A DNA stretch of 64,000 nucleotides from Nitrospirota bacterium (lineage in GTDB: Bacteria; Nitrospirota; UBA9217): the NCBI GenBank assembly GCA_963840455.1, contig CAWIYV010000011.1:480001-544000 (forward strand). Reading direction: 5' to 3'. The notes beneath the pieces were generated by a model. That model made no database searches and was not told the origin of the DNA. It saw nothing but the letters and a program-made list of their open reading frames with translations. Shown here piece by piece: positions 52,421 to 61,730 of this stretch (within the stretch, counting starts at the first letter, position 1; every line of letters begins with the position of its first letter). The position numbers were made by a program, and so were the translations under genes.

Positions 52421-52858
52421 ATATGTCTTGACGCCCTATATCACTTTATGCTAGTTTTCTTATAGACAAAGAAATAATCCTTCTGGTCAATATTCTGTCA
52501 TCTGGGAGTTACTCAAATCGCCGTGTTTTTTCCAGAAAATTCATGAATAAAAAGACTTTTCCCCAACGCTAAAATGTTAACTTTCTGAAATACACATTGT
52601 AATTATTGAGAAATTAAAATCATAGTACTGAAGTATTAATATATGTCTTGACGCCCTATTTCACTTATGATAGCTTTTTAATAGACGAAGAAATAATACT
52701 TCTGCGCATTTTCTGTCACCTGGGAGTTGCTCAAATCACCGTGTTTTTTCCAGAAAATTCACTAATATAATGTCTTTTCCCTGATACCAAAATATGAACT
52801 TTCTGCAACGCACGTTGTAAATATTGAGAAATTAAGGCCATGGTACTGAAGTATCAAG
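52421..52858 (+). repeat. Tandem ~220-bp AT-rich duplication, each unit starting with a promoter-like sequence
   Basis: 52421-52640 vs 52641-52858; TTGACG-N17/18-TAGYTT with extended -10 TG in both. Confidence 0.88.
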
Positions 52859-53036
52859 AATGGTACGCTAATTGCTATTAAAGTAGCAGGGAATTCCGCG
52901 ATCGTGAGGCAGAAGCGACTGGAATCAAACGTCGTTGGGGGTCTTTTCGCTGACCGGTATCGGCAACATGCACCAGGCAACATCTTAGAAGCGAAGAACG
53001 TTGTTCAACGACGGTCGTGCAATAGTCGGAGGATCA

Positions 53037-55067
53037 ATGATGAATGCGATCACCGGGGAACGCCTGCAGGATCTCTTCGTATCGGAACCATGGCATGACC
53101 TCCTTACGACCCTTTCCGACAGCCTCGGTTTTTCTCTAAGCGTCTATGCACAGACGGGAAGACTTATCTTCGCTCCGTTGACCGAGCATTCACAATGCGG
53201 TAGTTTCCTCGCAACCTCACCCGGCCTCGAATCTCAGTGCAAAGTATACTGCCATCCCCGCATCATGAACGTTCTCGCAACGGGCAAGCCTGACGTCTAT
53301 AAATGCCTCGCAAAGATCATATGCTTTGCACTCCCCGTCGAATACCTGGGGGAAAAAGCGGTGATCCTGGGGCGCGGGTCCTTCTCCTCGTATGAGGATT
53401 TCCGCGAATACATGAATCTCGCGACAGCCGGTGGCGTAGACGCGATCGCGATAAGAGCGCCGCTCACGTTCACCAGCCAAGAGCAGGCGTGGAAAGTATG
53501 TCGTTTTGTTCATGATACGGTGAACCGGTCCCTCCTAAACATGCAGGAGACCGCGGCACTGAGAAAGAAGTTCGATAGTCTCATGAGCGTCTTCTCGCTG
53601 TGGGGCTCTGCTACCGTGGAGCAGCCCGAAATGCGGTACCAGGACATGCTCTATAATCTTTCAACGCTGCTTGACATCAATCATATCACCATCCTCGCTC
53701 TCGATCGGGAGGCGGGCAGATATACCGGTCTGTACGGCATCTCCAAGAGCGGAGCCCCGACCGAGGCGATCACCATCGACGAGAATGACACCGTCGTCAA
53801 AGAGCTGCTCAGCGGAAAACCATATATTCGCACCATGACACAGGTTGCCGGACCGTCCTCCAAAGCGCCTGCCGACCGCGAGTCCCGGTTTCTTTTCCCG
53901 ATCCTGGTGAACAAGACCCTGGGGGGGATCCTCTGCATCACCAACCAGATCCTTCTCGATCGAGACCGGCAGATCATCGCCGGATTCTGCAAGCAGACCG
54001 CGCTTTTCATAGAGAACTATCACTTGCACCAGGACCTCTATAAAAAGTTCAACCGGTTCGCCTTGATGTCGGAGCTAAACCGGGCGATAACGCCGATCCA
54101 GAACTATGACACACTTCTCCAGATGATCCTTGACAAGTCCGCCGAGCTGCTGAAGGCGGAGCAGGGATCGCTCATGATGCTCGACCAGAAGACCGACGCC
54201 CTGCTCCTCGAAGCGAAGAAAGGCATCATTCAGGGAGTCTCGGGGAAGATCAGCATCCAGCGCGGCGTGGGAATCGCCGGCAGAGTGGCAGAACGCGGCG
54301 AACCCTACCTGGTGAAGGACCTCGAGGACGATCCGCGTATCAAGCAGAAGAACCGGAATCATTACCGGACCCGGTCGTTCGTCAGCGTGCCGCTCAAGAT
54401 CGCAGACCGGGTCATCGGCGTGCTTAACCTGTCGGATAAGACGACCGGCGAGGTCTTCGACGAGGAGGACCTGAAGCTCATCCAGTCCATTGCGACCCAC
54501 GCCGCCGTCGTCGTGGAGCGGAACGAATTTTATGCAAAATCGGAGGAGCTCAAGAAGTTGACGATCACCGATACCCTGACCGGCCTCTTGAACCGCAGAT
54601 ACCTGCAAGAACGGCTCAAAGACGAACTGGCGCGGTCGGAGCGGCATATCCACCCGATGAGCCTTCTCATGCTAGACCTGGACGGATTCAAATCCTGCAA
54701 TGATAGCGAAGGGCACCTCGTGGGCGACAAGATTCTTCAGGAGGTAGCCGAGACCTTATTGAAGACGGTGCGGTCCATGGACATCGTGGCACGGTATGGC
54801 GGGGACGAGTTTATGGTGATCCTGCCGGAAACCGGCGAGCCGGTTGCAATCGAGATCGGTGAGCGCCTACGCAACAGCGTGTCCACGGGTACAGCGTGGA
54901 CCCGGAAAGCGGGTTCGGGTCTGGAGCCCTGTTCCTTGACGGCCAGCATCGGCATTGTCTGTTATCCGGAGCACGGAGAGACCGGCGAACTCCTGCTCGA
55001 GAACGTTGATAAAGCGCTGTACCGCGCCAAGAACAAGGGGAAGAACAGGATCGAGGTATTCTCTTAG
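53037..55067 (+). CDS. Soluble diguanylate cyclase, PocR-like/GAF/GAF/GGDEF
   Basis: Cys-containing PocR-like N-terminus, GAF (GIAGRVA, SVPL, GVLNL.DK), RSMD I-site, RYGGDEF. Confidence 0.88.
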   Translation: MMNAITGERLQDLFVSEPWHDLLTTLSDSLGFSLSVYAQTGRLIFAPLTEHSQCGSFLATSPGLESQCKVYCHPRIMNVLATGKPDVYKCLAKIICFALPVEYLGEKAVILGRGSFSSYEDFREYMNLATAGGVDAIAIRAPLTFTSQEQAWKVCRFVHDTVNRSLLNMQETAALRKKFDSLMSVFSLWGSATVEQPEMRYQDMLYNLSTLLDINHITILALDREAGRYTGLYGISKSGAPTEAITIDENDTVVKELLSGKPYIRTMTQVAGPSSKAPADRESRFLFPILVNKTLGGILCITNQILLDRDRQIIAGFCKQTALFIENYHLHQDLYKKFNRFALMSELNRAITPIQNYDTLLQMILDKSAELLKAEQGSLMMLDQKTDALLLEAKKGIIQGVSGKISIQRGVGIAGRVAERGEPYLVKDLEDDPRIKQKNRNHYRTRSFVSVPLKIADRVIGVLNLSDKTTGEVFDEEDLKLIQSIATHAAVVVERNEFYAKSEELKKLTITDTLTGLLNRRYLQERLKDELARSERHIHPMSLLMLDLDGFKSCNDSEGHLVGDKILQEVAETLLKTVRSMDIVARYGGDEFMVILPETGEPVAIEIGERLRNSVSTGTAWTRKAGSGLEPCSLTASIGIVCYPEHGETGELLLENVDKALYRAKNKGKNRIEVFS

Positions 55068-55068
55068 C

Positions 55069-56739
55069 ATGCTATTCAGCTCACTCCCGGAAAAGGATTT
55101 CGTCGGCAAACAGGAAGAGCTGGACGGGCTCACGAAGCGGATCGTCCTTGCGCACGGAAGCCAGGCCAGGAGCGCGGTTCTGTCAGGCCCCCGGGGCATG
55201 GGGAAGACGGAGCTGCTCAAGCAGCTTTTCGGGCGCCTGTTCTGGGGGCATGACCGCGTCGCCCCGTTCTTTTATGCGGCCAGTCCGGCGGTGCTGTCCG
55301 CGAAAGCCTTTTCCCGCACCTATCTGGTCCAGTTCCTGTCCCAGAGGCTCGCGTATCAGAAAAAGGAACAGGCCCTTCTCTACCATGACGGGATTTCGAT
55401 CGATGATATAGCGACGCTCGCGGAGGAGCGGGGGGCGACGTGGGCAAGGGACATCCTTGACCGCTATGAACGGAGCGCCTCTGAACCTCTCGATGCGCTG
55501 CGCATTGCCCTCAATGCTCCCCACCTGTCAGTGCTGGCCACCGGGACGCCGGTAGCGGTCCTGATCGATGAGTTTCAGCGGCTCAAAGGCATCACGATCG
55601 AAGGGAACCCCGACCCCAAGCTGGTCTCTCTCTTCGAAGAGCCGATGGCTTCCGGGAAAACGCCCCATCTGATCTCCGGGAACGATCCGGAGATCCAGGA
55701 AATGGCCGTTGCGCAAGGCCTTGAACGGATACCCGTCCAGCCGCTGGGAGCCGAGAGCGCAATGTCGAGGGCTCGCGCGCTCCTCGCTGTGCATGGGGCC
55801 GAAGGCACCATACCCCATCTTCTCCTGCGGCATCTCGGCGGCAATCCCTTTTACCTGGCGTGTGTCATACGGACGGCATGTGCGAAGAAGGTCCTTGACG
55901 AGAAGGATTTCTGGAATGCCTATGTCCGGGAGATCATGGAAGGTCCTCTCTCGCTCTCGTGGTCCGCTGTCCTCAAGGACTTTTTCCCGGACCTGGAGGT
56001 GCGCAGGGCCGCCCTCGCAATGGCCTTCATGATGTGCCACGCGGCGGACCCCCACCCCCGCCGATGGTTCGCAAAATCCCTTGGGCTGACAGACGCTCAG
56101 GTGAGCGCCACGGCGCACTCCTTGTATCTCGCCGGTCTCATCCGCGGGGAGTTCGGTGTATTCAGGGCAACGGAAGACCGGGTCGTCCGGGATATCCTTG
56201 AGGAGCTCTACCAGAAGGAGATCCTCGCAAAGTCCCGCCATGAACGGGAACGGCTCTTCCTTGAATCATTGCTCCCGCAAAAGGAGAACGCCGTTCACTT
56301 TGAAATGACCATCCCCATGGTCAAGGAATCAGAGCTTGTCGTCGCGCAATGTCTCGAGCAGATCGGCAAGAACCTCCAACTCAACGAGGACGCCATAGGA
56401 CAGATGCAGATAGCCGTGATCGAGGCATGCATCAACGCCATAGAACATGGCAAGGGAATGGATAATAAGGTCCGGATAGTCGTTGCCGTGGAGATGGGCC
56501 GCCTTGAGGTATCGATCGAAAGCGCTGGGCCGGAGTTCATCGTGCAGGAGACCGGCGAGCCGTTTGGCGACCAGGCGGCTGCGAAGGCGTCGGGCAGAGG
56601 ATGGGGCGTAAAGCTCATGAAACGCTTTGCCGATGAGGTCGTGTTCGAAAGGACCGCCCAGGGTACGCGGACGGTCCTTATTAAAAATCTTGGAACATCC
56701 ACTGGTGCGCGGAAGGAGGATACGGCAAATCGTGAGTAA
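55069..56739 (+). CDS. P-loop ATPase (archaeal-ATPase/STAND-like) fused to an RsbW/SpoIIAB-type kinase domain
   Basis: FVGKQEEL, GPRGMGKT, LIDEFQ, GGNPFYL; C-terminal EACINAIEHG and GRGWG. Confidence 0.82.
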   Translation: MLFSSLPEKDFVGKQEELDGLTKRIVLAHGSQARSAVLSGPRGMGKTELLKQLFGRLFWGHDRVAPFFYAASPAVLSAKAFSRTYLVQFLSQRLAYQKKEQALLYHDGISIDDIATLAEERGATWARDILDRYERSASEPLDALRIALNAPHLSVLATGTPVAVLIDEFQRLKGITIEGNPDPKLVSLFEEPMASGKTPHLISGNDPEIQEMAVAQGLERIPVQPLGAESAMSRARALLAVHGAEGTIPHLLLRHLGGNPFYLACVIRTACAKKVLDEKDFWNAYVREIMEGPLSLSWSAVLKDFFPDLEVRRAALAMAFMMCHAADPHPRRWFAKSLGLTDAQVSATAHSLYLAGLIRGEFGVFRATEDRVVRDILEELYQKEILAKSRHERERLFLESLLPQKENAVHFEMTIPMVKESELVVAQCLEQIGKNLQLNEDAIGQMQIAVIEACINAIEHGKGMDNKVRIVVAVEMGRLEVSIESAGPEFIVQETGEPFGDQAAAKASGRGWGVKLMKRFADEVVFERTAQGTRTVLIKNLGTSTGARKEDTANRE

Positions 56740-57097
56740 TTTTTCGTTGTCATCAAAATCAACAAAGGACGCGGTCGTCATGATGCCCAAAGGGTACATC
56801 AATGACATGGGAGCGGTGAGCCTGGAGCAGACAAGCGAACAGCTCCTCGGGAAGGGTGCAAAAACGCTCATCGTGAATTTCGCCGACGTCCAATATATAA
56901 ACACCATCGGGGTCTCCATTTTTACCGGCATGGTTCATAAGACACAGGAACACAACAGCGTGCTCTGCTTTACCAATTTGAAGAAGGTCCACCGGGATGT
57001 ATTTGAGATGATGGGCCTGATAAAGCACGTAAAGGTGTTTAACAACGAAGAGGACGCCCTGAGGTCCTTGAGGCGAAAGGAGAGCAATGCTGAATAA
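56732..57097 (+). CDS. STAS-domain anti-sigma-factor antagonist
   Basis: RBS aggagg, GTG start, KGYIN, VNFADVQYINTIG, VFEMMGL. Confidence 0.88.
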   Translation: MSNFSLSSKSTKDAVVMMPKGYINDMGAVSLEQTSEQLLGKGAKTLIVNFADVQYINTIGVSIFTGMVHKTQEHNSVLCFTNLKKVHRDVFEMMGLIKHVKVFNNEEDALRSLRRKESNAE

Positions 57098-58310
57098 GAA
57101 ACTGGATCTCAAGCGGTTGCTGTTCAGCATGGCGTCACTGGTCGACCTGGGACAGGAAGCGACCTCCTCGAAGGACCTCAGTGCGAAAATGAAGGCGGCG
57201 CTCTACGTCATCACGGGCATGTTTTCCGTGCCGACGGCGGCCCTGTTCGTGTACCACCCTCAGCGAAAACTTCTCCGGCTCTTCGTCGAAAAAGGGCGCC
57301 GGGTCAGGGAACGGCAAGTCAAAGGGCTTCCCCTCCTTCCGGAGCACATCAAGCGATTCCGGATGAATGATCCGCATACGCTTCGCGACATGGCAGAGAG
57401 CGCCTTCTTTGTCCGGAATAAGGAGGTGTTCAGCGATCTGCAGACAACGATCTTTCTTCCCCTTTTTGCTAAAGGCGATTTCGTCGGCGCCATCGCGCTC
57501 GGCCAGAAGCTGGGGAGAGCACCCTTCCGCCAAGGGGAAAAGGACGTCCTCCGGGTGATCGCGCATCAAATGGCGATAACCCTTCACAATGCGCGGCTGT
57601 TCCTGGAGGTGGCCAAAAAGGCCGCGGAAAACAAAAAACTCTATTCCAGCATGCAGCAGATCTACCAGGACACCATTCAGGCCTTTGCTACCGCGATCGA
57701 CGCCAAGGACGAGTATACCAAGGACCATTCTTACCGGGTGGCCAGCTATGCCGTCGCGATCGCGCGCGAGCTCGGCTGGAAAAAGAAGGATGTCGAGGGC
57801 ATCTATATCGCCGGCCTTCTCCATGACATCGGGAAGATCATTATTGATGTCAAGGTCATCAATAAGGGAGCAACACTTTCGACCCCTGAGTTGACGGAGA
57901 TCAGAAAGCATCCTCAGATATCGTACGATATCCTGTCAAAGATCAGGTTCCCGTGGAAAAATATCGAGAACTTCGTCCGGCACCACCATGAGCGCATGGA
58001 CGGGAAAGGGTATCCCGATTCACTGAAGGAGGCGGAATTGAGCGATGGCGTAAAGATCCTCGCGCTGGTAGACGCCTTTGACGCCATGACATCAGACCGG
58101 CCATACCGGGACAAGCTTCCTGTCAGCGAGGCATTGAAGGAAGTAATGCGGTGCAAAGGGACCCAGTTCGACACCAAGATCACGAACACGTTCTTCAATG
58201 TCCTGCGCAAGGAACTGAACGGCGAGGTCAAAGAACCCCATATCCTTCCTCATTTGCATAGCCTGGACAGCAGCAAGTTCAAGGCACTTTCATCGAATTC
58301 CGCCAGGTGA
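57087..58310 (+). CDS. GAF + HD-GYP cyclic di-GMP phosphodiesterase
   Basis: DAKD.YT..HS.RV, LLHDIGK, HHERMDGKGYP, DAFDAMTSDRPYR. Confidence 0.92.
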   Translation: MLNKKLDLKRLLFSMASLVDLGQEATSSKDLSAKMKAALYVITGMFSVPTAALFVYHPQRKLLRLFVEKGRRVRERQVKGLPLLPEHIKRFRMNDPHTLRDMAESAFFVRNKEVFSDLQTTIFLPLFAKGDFVGAIALGQKLGRAPFRQGEKDVLRVIAHQMAITLHNARLFLEVAKKAAENKKLYSSMQQIYQDTIQAFATAIDAKDEYTKDHSYRVASYAVAIARELGWKKKDVEGIYIAGLLHDIGKIIIDVKVINKGATLSTPELTEIRKHPQISYDILSKIRFPWKNIENFVRHHHERMDGKGYPDSLKEAELSDGVKILALVDAFDAMTSDRPYRDKLPVSEALKEVMRCKGTQFDTKITNTFFNVLRKELNGEVKEPHILPHLHSLDSSKFKALSSNSAR

Positions 58311-58788
58311 TCAGCGCATCGGGTCGCTCTTCCGTAGGTCGTTTCAATATCAATGGTGCAGGATCATTTCTGGCAGCGCCTTCTTCGGCGCTGCCGTGCA
58401 CAGCTGGCGCAATGCCTCCCGCCATCCTGCATATCACGATCAGTTCCTCACTGAGCCCGGTCCTTTACCCCTGTCTGCGGTCCTTCGCGTCGCTCAGAGC
58501 CTGTCCTGAGCATAGCGAAGATGGCTGTCCGCCTCGCTCTGCAACCGCTTGTCCTGAATCCTGTCTGTTTTTTTCCATGAACCACGCCTCCAGGCACTCT
58601 CCTGCCCCCTGATATTGTCACCGTATAAGAGTACAGGTCCGGCCATTCGAAAATCGAATACCCACCCTCCGAGAATCATACAACGGCCTGACACACGGGG
58701 CGTATTTCCTGATGATGCATGCTCCCCGCTGGAGCACAACATCCTGTTCCTGAACGTTTTTTTTCATCGCACGCAATACGGCGCCTTC

Positions 58789-58804
58789 TGGCACGGACAA
58801 TGCA
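58789..58804 (+). promoter_or_regulatory. Sigma54 (-24/-12) promoter
   Basis: TGGCAC-GGACA-ATGCA with GG-N10-GC spacing, ~50 bp before the PP2C start. Confidence 0.65.
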
Positions 58805-58851
58805 ATCTATCAGACCAGTAGTACGGAAAAAATCAGCTTTGGGGGTGCCTC

Positions 58852-59760
58852 ATGATGCAACGGATCGCCAATTTCGTCAGAGCGCTCTTCGGAATGGAGA
58901 CATCCTGGAGCATCATGACTCTTTCCCGCGTCGGGATCGATCCGGTCACCGCGCGCTCTCTGACACAGGTGCTCCAGCCCGCACACACGATACGGCTGAG
59001 ACCGGAACCGGCGGAGGAAGACCCTGCAGCCGGCGTCCCCGGGCTTCTTTGGCACGGGATCACCGACACCGGCCTCGTGAGAGACCATAATGAGGACAGC
59101 TTTTCGCTCCTCGATCTGGGGAACCGTGCGCTGTTCGTCGTGGCCGACGGCATGGGCGGCCATGATGCCGGCGAAGTGGCGAGCCGCATCGCCGTTGATG
59201 CGGTGCGCCGGGAAGTACGCAACAACACCATGCCTTACGAGGCCCCCCTCATGACCGTTGAACGGGCGGTTCAGCAGGCAAATGCGGAGGTCAGGCGCGA
59301 AGCAGCGCGCAAGGGATCGAACATGGGCACGACGCTCTGCGTAGCGCTCGTAACCGACGGCGCGGCATATATCGGCAGCGTGGGGGACAGCAGGGCCTAC
59401 TGGATGGAGAACGGTTCCATCTCCCAGATCACCGAGGACCACTCCCTGGTGGCGAAGCTGGTGGCAGCCGGGAAGTTGTCACAACAGGAGGCCAGGAACC
59501 ACCCCCGGTCCAACCTGCTCTACCGCACCATCGGGACCGACGAAACGGTCAAGGCCGGCATGTTCCGGGTCGAACTGAAGAAAGGCGGCACGCTCCTGCT
59601 CTGCACTGACGGGCTCTGGGGGGATGTGGATGAGGAAGAGATCCGCAGGATCTGCACCGAAGAGCCGTATACCGAGATCGTTTGCGCCAGGCTGGTACAG
59701 CGTGCGAACGCGAACGGCGGCAAGGACAACATCACCGCAGTGGTGGTTAAGGTCCTCTGA
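58852..59760 (+). CDS. PP2C/PPM-family Ser/Thr protein phosphatase
   Basis: R.HNED, VADGMGGH, MGTT, GDSRAY, TDGLW, GGKDNIT. Confidence 0.93.
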   Translation: MMQRIANFVRALFGMETSWSIMTLSRVGIDPVTARSLTQVLQPAHTIRLRPEPAEEDPAAGVPGLLWHGITDTGLVRDHNEDSFSLLDLGNRALFVVADGMGGHDAGEVASRIAVDAVRREVRNNTMPYEAPLMTVERAVQQANAEVRREAARKGSNMGTTLCVALVTDGAAYIGSVGDSRAYWMENGSISQITEDHSLVAKLVAAGKLSQQEARNHPRSNLLYRTIGTDETVKAGMFRVELKKGGTLLLCTDGLWGDVDEEEIRRICTEEPYTEIVCARLVQRANANGGKDNITAVVVKVL

Positions 59761-59833
59761 TGGCGAAGCCCCGCGCATGGCTCCTGGAATGAATGAAATA
59801 CAAGGTCCAACGTTGTAAAAGGAGGTACAGAAC

Positions 59834-61084
59834 ATGAAGAACGAACTGAACATCCGATGCGTCATGAGCAAGGATGCGCTGACGGTGACCGGGGCGGAGC
59901 AGGCGGTCTATGCGCTCGTGGATATCAAGGCGGTGAGCAGCGGACAGCACCGCACCATGCCGGCGAACTTCGGCCTGGTGCTCGACCGGAGCGGCTCCAT
60001 GGACGGCGAGAAGATGGAGAATCTGAAGGAGGCAGCGGGCTACGTGGTGGACCACTTGAATGATAACGACCTCGTTTCCGTTACGGTCTTCGATGACCAG
60101 GTCGAGACGATTATCCCGAACCAGCCCCTGAAGGACCGCGAAGAGGTCAAGTCCCGGCTCGGATCGGTCATCCCCCGCGGCGGCACCCAGATCTCGGACG
60201 GGCTCAAGGCCGGTCTGGCGGAGGCCTGGAAGGGATTCTCCAAGGACCGCGTAAACCGCATACTCCTGCTCACCGACGGCCAGACGTGGGACGATGAGGC
60301 CGCGTGCCTCACGCTCGCCGACGAGGCAGGAAGAAAGGGCATCGCCGTTACGAGCATCGGCATCGGCGATGAGTGGAATGAGAAGCTCCTGCTCCAGCTC
60401 GCCGAGCGCTCTCACGGCAATTCGCACTGGATCCAGAATCCCATCGCCATCCTCGACGCGTTCCGGCAGGAGGTCGAGGGGGCGCAATCTGTCGCGGCAA
60501 CGAACCTCAGCATGACGGCGCGCATGAGCCCGGGAGTCAAACCGGTGAAGGCATACGCCACCATGCCCATGATCTCCGACATGAGCACGAAGGCCGTGAA
60601 CGGTCAGAACATCATGGCCGACCTGGGCTCCCTGGACAGCAGGCGGGGACAGGCAATGCTCATTGAAGTGCGAGTACCGCCCCAAAAGGCCGGCAAATTC
60701 CGGCTGGGCCAGGTAGAGGTCACCTATGACGTGCCCTCCCGGGGGATCAAGGGGCAAAGCGTCAAGGCGGACCTGTTCGTCATGTTCACTGATGACGCCG
60801 CAGCCGCGGCAAAGGTGAACGCCGAGGCGATGAACCTCGTTGAGAAGGTGAGCGCTTTCAAGCTCCAGACCCGGGCGCTCACCGAGGCCGAGGCGGGCAA
60901 TATCGCCGCAGCGACGCAGAAGCTTCAGTCCGCTGCCACGGTACTTCTGAACCTGGGCGAGGACGAGCTCGCCGAGGCGGCGGAGAAGGAGATCCTGTCG
61001 CTCAAGAGGACCGGGGCCTTCACCGCAGCAGGGACGAAGAAGCTCGAATACGGCACCCGAAAACTGACGCAGGCATTGAAATAA
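59834..61084 (+). CDS. Cytoplasmic vWA (MIDAS) domain protein
   Basis: DRSGSM, GGT.I, LLTDG; RBS aggagg. Confidence 0.9.
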   Translation: MKNELNIRCVMSKDALTVTGAEQAVYALVDIKAVSSGQHRTMPANFGLVLDRSGSMDGEKMENLKEAAGYVVDHLNDNDLVSVTVFDDQVETIIPNQPLKDREEVKSRLGSVIPRGGTQISDGLKAGLAEAWKGFSKDRVNRILLLTDGQTWDDEAACLTLADEAGRKGIAVTSIGIGDEWNEKLLLQLAERSHGNSHWIQNPIAILDAFRQEVEGAQSVAATNLSMTARMSPGVKPVKAYATMPMISDMSTKAVNGQNIMADLGSLDSRRGQAMLIEVRVPPQKAGKFRLGQVEVTYDVPSRGIKGQSVKADLFVMFTDDAAAAAKVNAEAMNLVEKVSAFKLQTRALTEAEAGNIAAATQKLQSAATVLLNLGEDELAEAAEKEILSLKRTGAFTAAGTKKLEYGTRKLTQALK

Positions 61085-61175
61085 TTGCATAGGGCAGAGA
61101 GATGACCGCAATGGCTTGAACGCCATGCTCTCTGCGCCATGCGCTATGCATGATCCTAAAAAGGAGGACATACCC

Positions 61176-61619
61176 ATGAAATGCACAGAGTGTCAGACGG
61201 AGTACATCGAAGGCGCGCTCTTCTGCGAGGAATGCGGGGCGAAGATCGGGACCGCGAGTCAACTGATTGACGCTGCAGGAACAATGGCCGATAAAGGGAC
61301 GGCCCTGGTGCTCGCGTCCCCCGGCGGCGGTACGCTGGACATCCCGGACAAGGACGAAGTGGTCATCGGCAGGGAAGACCCCATCAGCGAGGTGTTCCCC
61401 GACGTGGACCTGACAGACCTCGGCGGCATGGAGAACGGTGTATCGCGCAAGCACGCGGTCATCCATCGGTCAGGAACGGACTATACCGTTGAGGACATGG
61501 GCTCCACGAACGGGACCTATATCAATAAAAAACGCATCCAGCCCCATGTGCCGCAGGCGATCAAGGCCGGCGACGAGGTCAGGTTCGGCAAACTGGCATT
61601 CTCGCTCGAGGCGGCATAA
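61176..61619 (+). CDS. Zinc-ribbon + FHA domain protein
   Basis: CTEC...FCEECG; IGR, VSRKHA, DMGSTNGT; RBS aggagg. Confidence 0.9.
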   Translation: MKCTECQTEYIEGALFCEECGAKIGTASQLIDAAGTMADKGTALVLASPGGGTLDIPDKDEVVIGREDPISEVFPDVDLTDLGGMENGVSRKHAVIHRSGTDYTVEDMGSTNGTYINKKRIQPHVPQAIKAGDEVRFGKLAFSLEAA

Positions 61620-61730
61620 CGCGAATGCAGAGCGCGGAATTCGGAGTGCGGAGTGATGAATCTAAAGAAGGAACCTGTTCTTATTCCGCATTCCGCACTC
61701 ACCATTCCGCATTATGAAACGGAGGTACCA

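Noticed and set aside
320-61186. Long antisense or alternate-frame ORFs (e.g. 320..1381, 10470..11675, 17029..18471, 41801..42901, 47398..48786, 59747..61186)
   Set aside because: Shadows of well-supported genes in high-GC DNA; no motifs or RBS
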